Both the position numbers and the translations under genes were made by a program. A stretch of DNA of 64,000 nt from an uncultured Lachnospiraceae bacterium (lineage in GTDB: Bacteria; Bacillota; Clostridia; Lachnospirales; Lachnospiraceae), in NCBI GenBank assembly GCA_949076555.1, contig CARUOB010000007.1, positions 3,882 to 67,881 of the forward strand. Direction: 5' to 3'. The notes under the pieces were generated by a model. It did not search any database. It saw nothing but the letters and a program-made list of their open reading frames with translations, and was not told the DNA's origin. Shown piece by piece: positions 26,945 to 34,715 of this stretch; within the stretch, counting starts at the first letter, position 1, and every line of letters starts with the position of its first letter.

Positions 26945-28676
26945 CCGCTGCTACACGGTACACCATATCGCATTTCTCAATGGTCTGCAGTCTGTGCGCG
27001 ATAATCACAAGCGTCTTTCTCCCGTGCAGCCTGTTAATGGAATCCATAATCGCCGCCTCCGTCTCATTGTCCAGAGCGGAAGTCGCCTCATCCAGCACAA
27101 GCACCTCCGGGTCCTCATAGAGCGCTCTGGCAATGCTGATTCGCTGCCTCTGTCCGCCCGAAATGCGGATGCCGCGCTCACCGATTCCCGTTTCCACGCC
27201 CTCCGGCAGACTCCTTACAAAATCATCCAGCGCCGCTTCTTTCAAGGCACGCCAGACCTTCTCATCGTCGATCTCCTCCTCCGGCACGCCGAAAGCCACA
27301 TTCTTGCGAATGGAATCGTCTATCATAAATATTGTCTGGGGAATATAGCCTATATTTTTCAGCCATGCCGCATAATGGCCGCTTACGTCCGTTCCGTCCG
27401 CCAGAATCCGGCCGCTCTCCATCTGCAATAGCCCCAGCAGAATATCCACAATCGTCGTCTTGCCCGCACCCGTGACGCCCACGATGCCCACGGAAGATCC
27501 AATCGGAATCTCCATATCCGCATGGTCAAAAATATGCGTCTCCGTATTCGGATATTTATAGGTGATATCCTCCAGCCGGATCATCTTTTCCAGCGGCAGC
27601 TTTTCCACGCTCTGCCTTTGCTTATACGCTTCCGCATCGTAAGTCACACTGCCGTCGTGAATCTCTTCCTGCAAATTATCGCTGACTCCCATAAAGAAAG
27701 GCTCGAAATAGGAGATCGAAGTCTGGTAATTATTGATGCGGTTCACGCTCGGAAGCAGACGCATGGCCGCCGCCGCCAGAGCCGATAGCTGCGGCAGAAG
27801 CTCTTTCATCTGCGTCCCCTGTCCGATAGACAGCACAAAATAGCCAACCATGCCCGCAATGCACACCGTCTCGATCAAAAGTCTGGGGGTCGCGTTAAAG
27901 AGATTATATTTCTGTACGGAGCTGACATAACCCGCCCCGCATTTTGCATACTCGTTGATAAAGTAGTTTTCCTTACAGCCAATCTTGATTTCCTTAATTC
28001 CCATCACCGACTGCTCGATCCATTTATACAGCCCGCTGTAATAATCCTGATTGTCCTGCCCGGCCTTTATCATAATAGGCTTTAACACCTTTTTAATCAC
28101 AAACAGAAGCGCCACCATAAGCGCCGCCACCGTCACAATCATCATCGCGTCGGAATAGAGAAAAAGCGCTGTCACCAGACAGACAAATACAATGCACTCG
28201 CTGAAAAGCTGCAGGCAGCTTAAAATCAGCCCGTACATATTGTTGACGTCAGATGTGATGTTTCGTTGGATGACAGATGTATCCGCATTCAGATAATACT
28301 CATAAGGACGCTGCATAAAATTGATCATCATGCGCCTCGAAGTGGCGAACTGATTCGTGTAGACAAACTTAAGCTGCGCCTTCTGTTGAAAAAAAAGGTA
28401 AATATTTTTGATTACCGTCATTCCCACAAAAGAAAGCAGCAAAAACATGGCAAACTGGGCAGTGCTCTCCATCCCAAACGTCTCGTAAACCGAGGAGAGA
28501 ATGCTGCTCTCAGAGATTGCCTCCGGGTCCATCACCACGGTCACAATGGGCACCAGCATGGAAACGCCAAGGCTCTCCAGCACGCCGCCAATCAGCATCA
28601 TAACGATAAGCGCTGCCATAGCGCGCTTCTGCCTGCCATCCAGCAGGACATTCATTTTCCTTAAAATCTTTCCCAT
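26922..28676 (-). CDS. ABC exporter, fused permease/ATPase (PglK/MsbA-like glycolipid flippase candidate)
   Basis: 6 TMs, GVTGAGKT, IGYIPQ, ISGGQRQRISIARALY, LVLDEATSALD, IAHRL. Start moved to MGKILRK. Confidence 0.9.
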   Translation of the reverse strand: MGKILRKMNVLLDGRQKRAMAALIVMMLIGGVLESLGVSMLVPIVTVVMDPEAISESSILSSVYETFGMESTAQFAMFLLLSFVGMTVIKNIYLFFQQKAQLKFVYTNQFATSRRMMINFMQRPYEYYLNADTSVIQRNITSDVNNMYGLILSCLQLFSECIVFVCLVTALFLYSDAMMIVTVAALMVALLFVIKKVLKPIMIKAGQDNQDYYSGLYKWIEQSVMGIKEIKIGCKENYFINEYAKCGAGYVSSVQKYNLFNATPRLLIETVCIAGMVGYFVLSIGQGTQMKELLPQLSALAAAAMRLLPSVNRINNYQTSISYFEPFFMGVSDNLQEEIHDGSVTYDAEAYKQRQSVEKLPLEKMIRLEDITYKYPNTETHIFDHADMEIPIGSSVGIVGVTGAGKTTIVDILLGLLQMESGRILADGTDVSGHYAAWLKNIGYIPQTIFMIDDSIRKNVAFGVPEEEIDDEKVWRALKEAALDDFVRSLPEGVETGIGERGIRISGGQRQRISIARALYEDPEVLVLDEATSALDNETEAAIMDSINRLHGRKTLVIIAHRLQTIEKCDMVYRVAAGKISRER

Positions 28677-28793
28677 TGTCAGGTTCCCTCTAAAAGCGGA
28701 CGGCAATTCTTCTCGCGCCCGTATTGATCCGCCGGGCCTTACACCCAAAACGCTCCTTCACCCCGGACCATCCGCCCGGCTTAACTTCCATCG

Positions 28794-28804
28794 AGTATAC
28801 CACA
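28794..28804 (-). promoter_or_regulatory. Extended -10 promoter element upstream of the ABC exporter
   Basis: TGTGGTATACT. Confidence 0.5.
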
Positions 28805-28882
28805 AGTACACACACAGCGCAAATTTCGCTTTTTTCTTTCATCCAAATCACGAATATTCCGCCGGACATACGCTTTTCCCAT

Positions 28883-29956
28883 TCAGATCTCCTCGTTTTG
28901 CCGGTGCAGCTTCGGGTCTTCATACTGGTCCATAAAATCTTCACCCAAATAGACGATCTCCTCGGCAAACCGGATGTTTCGCACCACTGTAAATACAGAG
29001 ATGACCCTGCGGAAAGTCAGCCCTTCGATATAGTTCAGCACTTCCATCGGAAATTTCCGGTCGAGCACAATATGCTCCGAAAATTTCTCTTCATAGTTCA
29101 AAAGATCTCTGGGATGCGGTTTAATCAGGATCACAGACTCCGCCCCTTCTATTTGACCATGTAGGTCAATGCAGTCCCGGAAGATCTTCTCGCGTACATC
29201 AAGCTCACACAGCGGCTCCGTCAAAAGAAGCACATTGTCCTTTCCCGTAGCCAGTTTTTCCTCTATTTCCCCTATATTAGAGATAAACAGGCGCACCAGA
29301 AGCGCCTTATCCTCCTTCGTGAGCGCATCCGCCAACTCCTGTCTGGACTGTTCGATATATTTGGGGCAGGGATAGGGCAGAACGGAAATATCGTTGACCT
29401 CCATATCCAGACAGTATTTCCCCCATCCGTTTTGAATGAAAATGAGATTCAAAGAAGCGAGAAACGCCTTTAGCTTAAAATGTCCTCTGTTGTCGTAGCG
29501 GGCTGTATCGTAAGTGCTGATGCAGTCCAGTCCGTCCTCCAGCGCATGATAATGTATTTTTTTGTAACTTAAATAATAACCGATCGGATCGGAATCGCAG
29601 AACACGTAAAGATCCTTATACGCTTTAAAGTCGACCGGCACATAAGGCTCCTGCGCCCTGCCAAGAAGCTTCGTATAACGGACGCGGGCCAGTAAATTCA
29701 AGAGCAGATTTCCCCTGTCCACATGGTATTTCATAATCTCTGGGAAATTGACGTCCTCCTTCTCCCCGAACATATACACCGCCTCAAAGAGTCCGCAGGC
29801 CAAAGCCCGCTCCTTTAAATCCCCGAAATCATTGGACATGGTGCTCATCACAAGGGTGGCTCTACCCCGTTTTTCCCGTTCCAGATTCAGTTCCTTTAAA
29901 CATGCCACATACACATGATAATAGGTGTGACAGACGTAAATCCTATCTTTCATCAT
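28883..29956 (-). CDS. Bacterial sialyltransferase-like glycosyltransferase (GT52-like); candidate nonulosonate/pseudaminyl transferase
   Basis: TYYH N-terminus, LEDG (D/E-D/E-G) motif, IKPHPRD (HP motif), FPMEVL. Lies downstream of pseI. Confidence 0.75.
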   Translation of the reverse strand: MMKDRIYVCHTYYHVYVACLKELNLEREKRGRATLVMSTMSNDFGDLKERALACGLFEAVYMFGEKEDVNFPEIMKYHVDRGNLLLNLLARVRYTKLLGRAQEPYVPVDFKAYKDLYVFCDSDPIGYYLSYKKIHYHALEDGLDCISTYDTARYDNRGHFKLKAFLASLNLIFIQNGWGKYCLDMEVNDISVLPYPCPKYIEQSRQELADALTKEDKALLVRLFISNIGEIEEKLATGKDNVLLLTEPLCELDVREKIFRDCIDLHGQIEGAESVILIKPHPRDLLNYEEKFSEHIVLDRKFPMEVLNYIEGLTFRRVISVFTVVRNIRFAEEIVYLGEDFMDQYEDPKLHRQNEEI

Positions 29957-30044
29957 CGTTCACGTTCCAAAACCTCTCCATTGTATTCCTCCGAAAACAC
30001 GCTCATCTGCCGAACGTTACGCAGGCGAAAGCATCGTCCGGCCC

Positions 30045-31427
30045 TCAACACGAAATCTCCACTTTCACTTGCGCCAATATTTGCTTTCCCAGCTCCATGG
30101 CCTCTTCCGGCGTCTCCCCTGTGGTAATCACATGTCCCAGCCTGTCATTGCTAGACCTCGTTCCCTGCACAGAATCTCCGGGTTTTTTATAAATACTGAT
30201 TTCCTCCACGCCTTCCTGTTCATGAAGCCCATCCAGCACGGTGATCCGGGTAATCACGCCCTCCTGTCCGGTATGCAGAAAATGAATCGCCGCGCTGCGG
30301 TTCCATTTCGGAGTCAGATCAGGCTTCTCCCCCGTCGCCAGAAGCACCGATGCCCCTACCATATCAATGCCTGTCGAAAGCGGCACCAGTCTGGACGTAA
30401 TAAAGTCGCCGCCAAGCCTCGCCGCCAGCTCCACAATCTTCGGCCCGTCCTCCGTCACCTTGATCTCCACATGGGCGGGCGCATTCTCAATGCCGATCGC
30501 CCTGACTGCCTGCGCCGCCACACGCCGTATCCGCTCCTGCACTTGCTGATCCAGTCTGCACGGCTCACAATGCGCCAGCTCCACAAAATAGGGCGGCGGT
30601 GTGATAAACTTGTCCGTGATCGCAAGGATATGAGGTTCGCCTTCTATCACCATGATTTCCACACTGACCTCCTGACCGTGCATGTATTCCTCCACCATCA
30701 CGGTGCCGTTTCGGGAGTTTCCCAGACTGTATCGGTATGTCCTGTTTTTCATCTCACTAAATGCTTTAAGATATGCCGTGTAGCGTTTTAAATGGTCTTC
30801 CGAAAGCTGCTTTCCCCCAGAAAGTTCCCCCGGTATCTCATCACGGCTCTGCGGTTCGTCCTCTCCCCCATGAGATACTGCGCCACGGCTTTCCGGTTCA
30901 AAAAGCGATACATCCAGTTTCCCAAAGTCTATCTGCACCACGCCCCGGCTCCCCGCATTATCTGCGGGCTTCACGATACAGTTCCCAGCCAGCTTATCCA
31001 CCGCCTCCGAAAAGGAATCATAGTCTGTGGCTGCATAGTATTCCGGTATCGGCACGCCGCATTCCTTTAAGCGGTCTCTCATTTTACTTTTTATGGTGGC
31101 ACAGAGCGCGTTCTCGTAAGACAGATCCGGCCGCTTTCCCAGCTTTTCATTGACATATGCCGCCGTCCGCACGGGGCCGTCGCTGGTGGAAGTCATCACC
31201 ACGTCCGGCTGATAAATAAGCGCCTGCCGGTAAACCTCCTCCTGATCTAATGTACTCACCACCAGCTTCACATCCGCCAATGCAAATCCCACCGCATTTT
31301 CGTCATAATCCACCAGAATGACCTGATAGCCCAGCTCCTTGGCCTTCTTTATGGCGGGAACCTGCAACGCGCTGGCGCCCAAAATCATGATCTTTTTCTG
31401 TTTTTCTTCCACTTTACTTTTCTCCAT
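30045..31427 (-). CDS. ATP-grasp ligase
   Basis: ILGASALQVPAI, K..MR..L, IVKPADNAGSRGV, VEEYMHGQEVSVE, IVELAARLGGD, DRLGHVI. Start is uncertain. Confidence 0.88.
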   Translation of the reverse strand: MEKSKVEEKQKKIMILGASALQVPAIKKAKELGYQVILVDYDENAVGFALADVKLVVSTLDQEEVYRQALIYQPDVVMTSTSDGPVRTAAYVNEKLGKRPDLSYENALCATIKSKMRDRLKECGVPIPEYYAATDYDSFSEAVDKLAGNCIVKPADNAGSRGVVQIDFGKLDVSLFEPESRGAVSHGGEDEPQSRDEIPGELSGGKQLSEDHLKRYTAYLKAFSEMKNRTYRYSLGNSRNGTVMVEEYMHGQEVSVEIMVIEGEPHILAITDKFITPPPYFVELAHCEPCRLDQQVQERIRRVAAQAVRAIGIENAPAHVEIKVTEDGPKIVELAARLGGDFITSRLVPLSTGIDMVGASVLLATGEKPDLTPKWNRSAAIHFLHTGQEGVITRITVLDGLHEQEGVEEISIYKKPGDSVQGTRSSNDRLGHVITTGETPEEAMELGKQILAQVKVEISC

Positions 31428-31538
31428 CGCCACCGATCCATACCATGGCTTTCCGGTTTCAGCCTGCAATCAGCCTGTCATGCCTTATCTCCTGCAGCGT
31501 ATTGCCCATCATTTCTTTTCCATACTGCCACGCAGCGC

Positions 31539-32594
31539 TTACTCAATATATTTCCAGTCCATCGGCGTCCCCCGTGAAATATCGCAGCGCGCCTTTTTAC
31601 CCAGCACTTCTTCATAATACACAGGCGCCATACCGAATGCCGGACGTATAGAGCGCAGGTTTTCCGGTGTAAAAATCTCCCCCGCCTTCATATCCTGCGT
31701 CACAAAGAGGGACCGTCCCTCCTCCCTGCTTCTCTCCTGCTTTTCCGTCAGACGATAAGTCACCTTCCCCAGCGCCTTCTCCACAATGCGGATTTCATCC
31801 ACCATCTTTTTGAACTCCGCCGGTTCCATGGAAAAAGCCCCATCCGGCCCGCCGTCGGCACGGGAGAGCGTGAAATGTTTCTCCACCATGCACGCGCCAA
31901 GCGCCACCGAAGCCACCGCCACGGCGGAGCCCATGCTGTGATCGGAAAGTCCCGTCAGACAGTCAAAGGTCCCGGCCATGTGGGGAATCAGTTTGATGTT
32001 CATATCCTCATAAGGCGTCGGATAAGTGGCCGTGCATTTCAAGAGTATAATCTGCTCATTTCCCTCTTCCCTACACGTTCTCACTGCCCTCTCAATGTCA
32101 CCCATATGCGCAAGTCCCGTAGCTATAATCACAGGTTTTCCCTGCCTGGCAACCTTACGGAGCAGGGGAATGTCCCAGATTTCAGGAGAAGCGATTTTAT
32201 AGGCAGGCATCTTTATCTCTTCCATAAAGTCCACCGCCGTAAAGTCAAACGGCGAAGAAAAGCAGTCCATGCCCAAATCGTTAGCAAGTTTCATCAGTTT
32301 CGGCTGCCACTCCCAAGGCGTGTACGCCTCCTGAAACAGCTCAAAGCAGGTCATACCATCCCAGATCGTCCCCTGCCTGATCTGAAAATATTCGTTGTCA
32401 CAGTCCAGCGTGATGGTATCTGCCGTGTAAGTCTGCAGCTTCACCGCATCCGCCCCGGCCTCTTTCGCGGCCCGGATAATCGCCTCGGCCCTGTCGTAGT
32501 CCTGCAGATGGTTAGCCGACATTTCCGCCACAATGTAAGTCGGCTCACCCTCCCCGACGAATCGATTCCCTATCTGTATTTTCTCCTGTCCCAT
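31539..32594 (-). CDS. pseI: Pseudaminic acid synthase
   Basis: VAEMSANH, VKLQTYTADTITLD, AYTPWEWQ, SSPFD, GLSDHS, EKHFTLSRADGGPD.AFSMEP, C-terminal SAF domain. Start moved to MGQEKI. Confidence 0.9.
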   Translation of the reverse strand: MGQEKIQIGNRFVGEGEPTYIVAEMSANHLQDYDRAEAIIRAAKEAGADAVKLQTYTADTITLDCDNEYFQIRQGTIWDGMTCFELFQEAYTPWEWQPKLMKLANDLGMDCFSSPFDFTAVDFMEEIKMPAYKIASPEIWDIPLLRKVARQGKPVIIATGLAHMGDIERAVRTCREEGNEQIILLKCTATYPTPYEDMNIKLIPHMAGTFDCLTGLSDHSMGSAVAVASVALGACMVEKHFTLSRADGGPDGAFSMEPAEFKKMVDEIRIVEKALGKVTYRLTEKQERSREEGRSLFVTQDMKAGEIFTPENLRSIRPAFGMAPVYYEEVLGKKARCDISRGTPMDWKYIE

Positions 32595-32738
32595 TTTCCC
32601 TCTCTCTCTGCCGATAGGCTCTGCATATACCAGTGTCATTTCTATGCTTTCCCGATGCATTTTTTACAACCGCTCCCTGCGTATGACACACGACATCAGG
32701 CATAAAACCACACCACCGTGTGCTGCACTGCCTTTCTC

Positions 32739-33449
32739 TTACCGCTCATATTTCTCCCGCATCATCCGGAATTTTATCTCCGCCAGTTCCAGATCAGACG
32801 GATTGTCGATATCCTGCACCTCCGTCTCCGGCACGATAATGGGCAGATATCCGTCCGGCAGATCGCCCCCGCAAGCCAGATACCGCTCCACATGGTAACA
32901 GTAAAACTGCCCGCTGTCATGATACACAGGCTCTAAATCCTGTGACCGTTTCATGGCATTTTCGGGATAGCAGTACACAAGTTTTCCGTCCCGGACCGCC
33001 ATGCCCCGCTGAGGCGGAAAGGAATAGCGGACCACTGGCATCACCCCGGACGCGTCCTGCTCCACCAAAAGCCGCATAGCGTCTTTCAACTTTTCAGCCG
33101 TTATAAAGGGAGCCGTTGGGTAAATGCACGCCATATAATCAAACTTCTCTCCCCGCTCCTCATAAGTCCGGAGCACTTCCATGAGCACATCGTCCGTGGT
33201 TGCAAAATCTCCCGAAGTCTCCTTACTTCTCATAAAAGGAACCGCCGCCCCCGCATCCCTCGCAATCCGCGCAATCTCCTCATCGTCCGTGGAGACCATA
33301 ACCTCGCGGAACATCCCCGACTGGATCGCCGCTTCAATGCCGTAAACCAACATCGGCTTCCCCATAAACTCTCTAATATTTTTCCCAGGAATGCGCTTGC
33401 TGCCGCCCCTGGCGGTGATGACTGCAATCGCGTTACACTCTGTACCCAT
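32739..33449 (-). CDS. pseF: Pseudaminic acid cytidylyltransferase
   Basis: ARGGSKRIPGKNI, VSTDDEEIA, CIYPTAPF, RSQDLEPVYHDSGQFY, VQDIDN. Confidence 0.9.
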   Translation of the reverse strand: MGTECNAIAVITARGGSKRIPGKNIREFMGKPMLVYGIEAAIQSGMFREVMVSTDDEEIARIARDAGAAVPFMRSKETSGDFATTDDVLMEVLRTYEERGEKFDYMACIYPTAPFITAEKLKDAMRLLVEQDASGVMPVVRYSFPPQRGMAVRDGKLVYCYPENAMKRSQDLEPVYHDSGQFYCYHVERYLACGGDLPDGYLPIIVPETEVQDIDNPSDLELAEIKFRMMREKYER

Positions 33450-33470
33450 TTCTATTCTTCCTTTCTTTTC

Positions 33471-34433
33471 CTATTTCCAGTACAATGAAAGTTTTTCCTT
33501 TGCCCCATCCTCAGATAAAGAATATTTCGCCACAAGCGCCTCTGCTACCTGCGCCTTGGTTTGGCCTGCTTCCTGCAGCACCTCCACCATACAGCGAATC
33601 CCCTGTTCTATTCCCTGTCTCTTTCCAATTTCCATGCCTTCTCTGATGCCTTCCTCGCGGCCCTCACTTTTCAAGGTTCTCTCATACTTCTCCACATCAA
33701 ACTCTTCCAGCAGCATACCAAGCACCTCCGCGCGGTTTTCCCTCAAAACCTTCTCAAGAATCCCGTTTTCTATACAATAATCCACTGCGTCCGCCAGCGC
33801 CGTTTCCGTACGCTTCCCTTCACGCATACACGTTCTCATAATATCCACAAACGCCGCGTATTCTCTCAACACCCTGCATTTTTCCATCAGTAAACGATTA
33901 TGTCCGTGATTTATATTGAGCACCTGCACCGTCAGCTCCACGTCCGCCTTTGCCGACCGATCCTCAAAGGCATCCGAAAGCCTGATTGTCTTCTCCTCTG
34001 GCATTTCCTTTGCGCCGTTATAGAATACCACGCACTTCGGTGTCGGCAGGGAAATCAATCCCTCTCCATACAGGCTCTTTTCCGCCCGCTCAATCACCAT
34101 CTGGTATTCCTGCGCAAGATAAATCAAAAACCGTACCGGCAGATTGGGGCTGTAAGTGCTCTGGTGTTCGTACATACTCAACGTACCCGCCAGCACAAAG
34201 GCCAGATCATTTTTCATCACCACATAAACCGCGCTCTCAATCGTCACGATTTCAAGCTGCGACGAATCTTTGTAATCTGTCCCGTTCAGCGCATTGTACA
34301 GCTCTAAAAGCGCCTCCCTGTCTCTCTCAAACAGAAACCGGAACAGCCTGTCCTTCACATTCCTGCGCACCTTTCCTCCGCGCCCAAACCTCCATATCTT
34401 TCGCCGTTTCCACGCATGTCTTTTCTGTACCAT
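33471..34433 (-). CDS. Rpn-family PD-(D/E)xK recombination-promoting nuclease / putative transposase
   Basis: KDRLFRFLF, LELYNALNG, KNDLAF, EHQST.SPNLPVRFLIY, VVFYNG, and a GREEGIREGMEIG repeat tail. Alternative GTG start at 34370. Confidence 0.85.
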   Translation of the reverse strand: MVQKRHAWKRRKIWRFGRGGKVRRNVKDRLFRFLFERDREALLELYNALNGTDYKDSSQLEIVTIESAVYVVMKNDLAFVLAGTLSMYEHQSTYSPNLPVRFLIYLAQEYQMVIERAEKSLYGEGLISLPTPKCVVFYNGAKEMPEEKTIRLSDAFEDRSAKADVELTVQVLNINHGHNRLLMEKCRVLREYAAFVDIMRTCMREGKRTETALADAVDYCIENGILEKVLRENRAEVLGMLLEEFDVEKYERTLKSEGREEGIREGMEIGKRQGIEQGIRCMVEVLQEAGQTKAQVAEALVAKYSLSEDGAKEKLSLYWK

Positions 34434-34594
34434 GCTTCCTCCTTTCCGTATCCGGCAGAAAAGAAAGCATGTCTCCCACAAATGCACGTTTCAGTTTCCG
34501 CCGTATCTTCTGTTGTCAGTGTAAAAGAAAAATTCGACAGAAACTGTCCTGAAGGTGCAGAATGCACATCTGTTAGAATTTCTCCGATGGATTT

Positions 34595-34623
34595 ATTGTA
34601 TAGAATTATGTTGCAAATGTCAA
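34595..34623 (-). promoter_or_regulatory. Putative sigma-A promoter for the Rpn-family gene
   Basis: Minus strand TTGACA-17 nt-TACAAT in an AT-rich spacer. Confidence 0.7.
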
Positions 34624-34715
34624 TGGAACTTACAAACGAAATATCGTCAATGCCGCATCTGTCGCGTCCTTTTCCTCGCGGGGCAGACTCCGGGCACACG
34701 CTAGCCCCTATGCTC

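Noticed and set aside
30750..30925. Intein or intron explaining the insertion in the ATP-grasp gene
   Set aside because: It is too short and has no C/S...HN splice motifs or intron features.
33471..34433. Calling the Rpn gene a bona fide IS element
   Set aside because: No terminal inverted repeats or target duplication were found, and Rpn proteins are not proven transposases.
34533..34539. Perfect 0A box TGTCGAA downstream of the Rpn promoter
   Set aside because: Several such 7-mers are expected by chance in 64 kb, so it is not listed as a feature.
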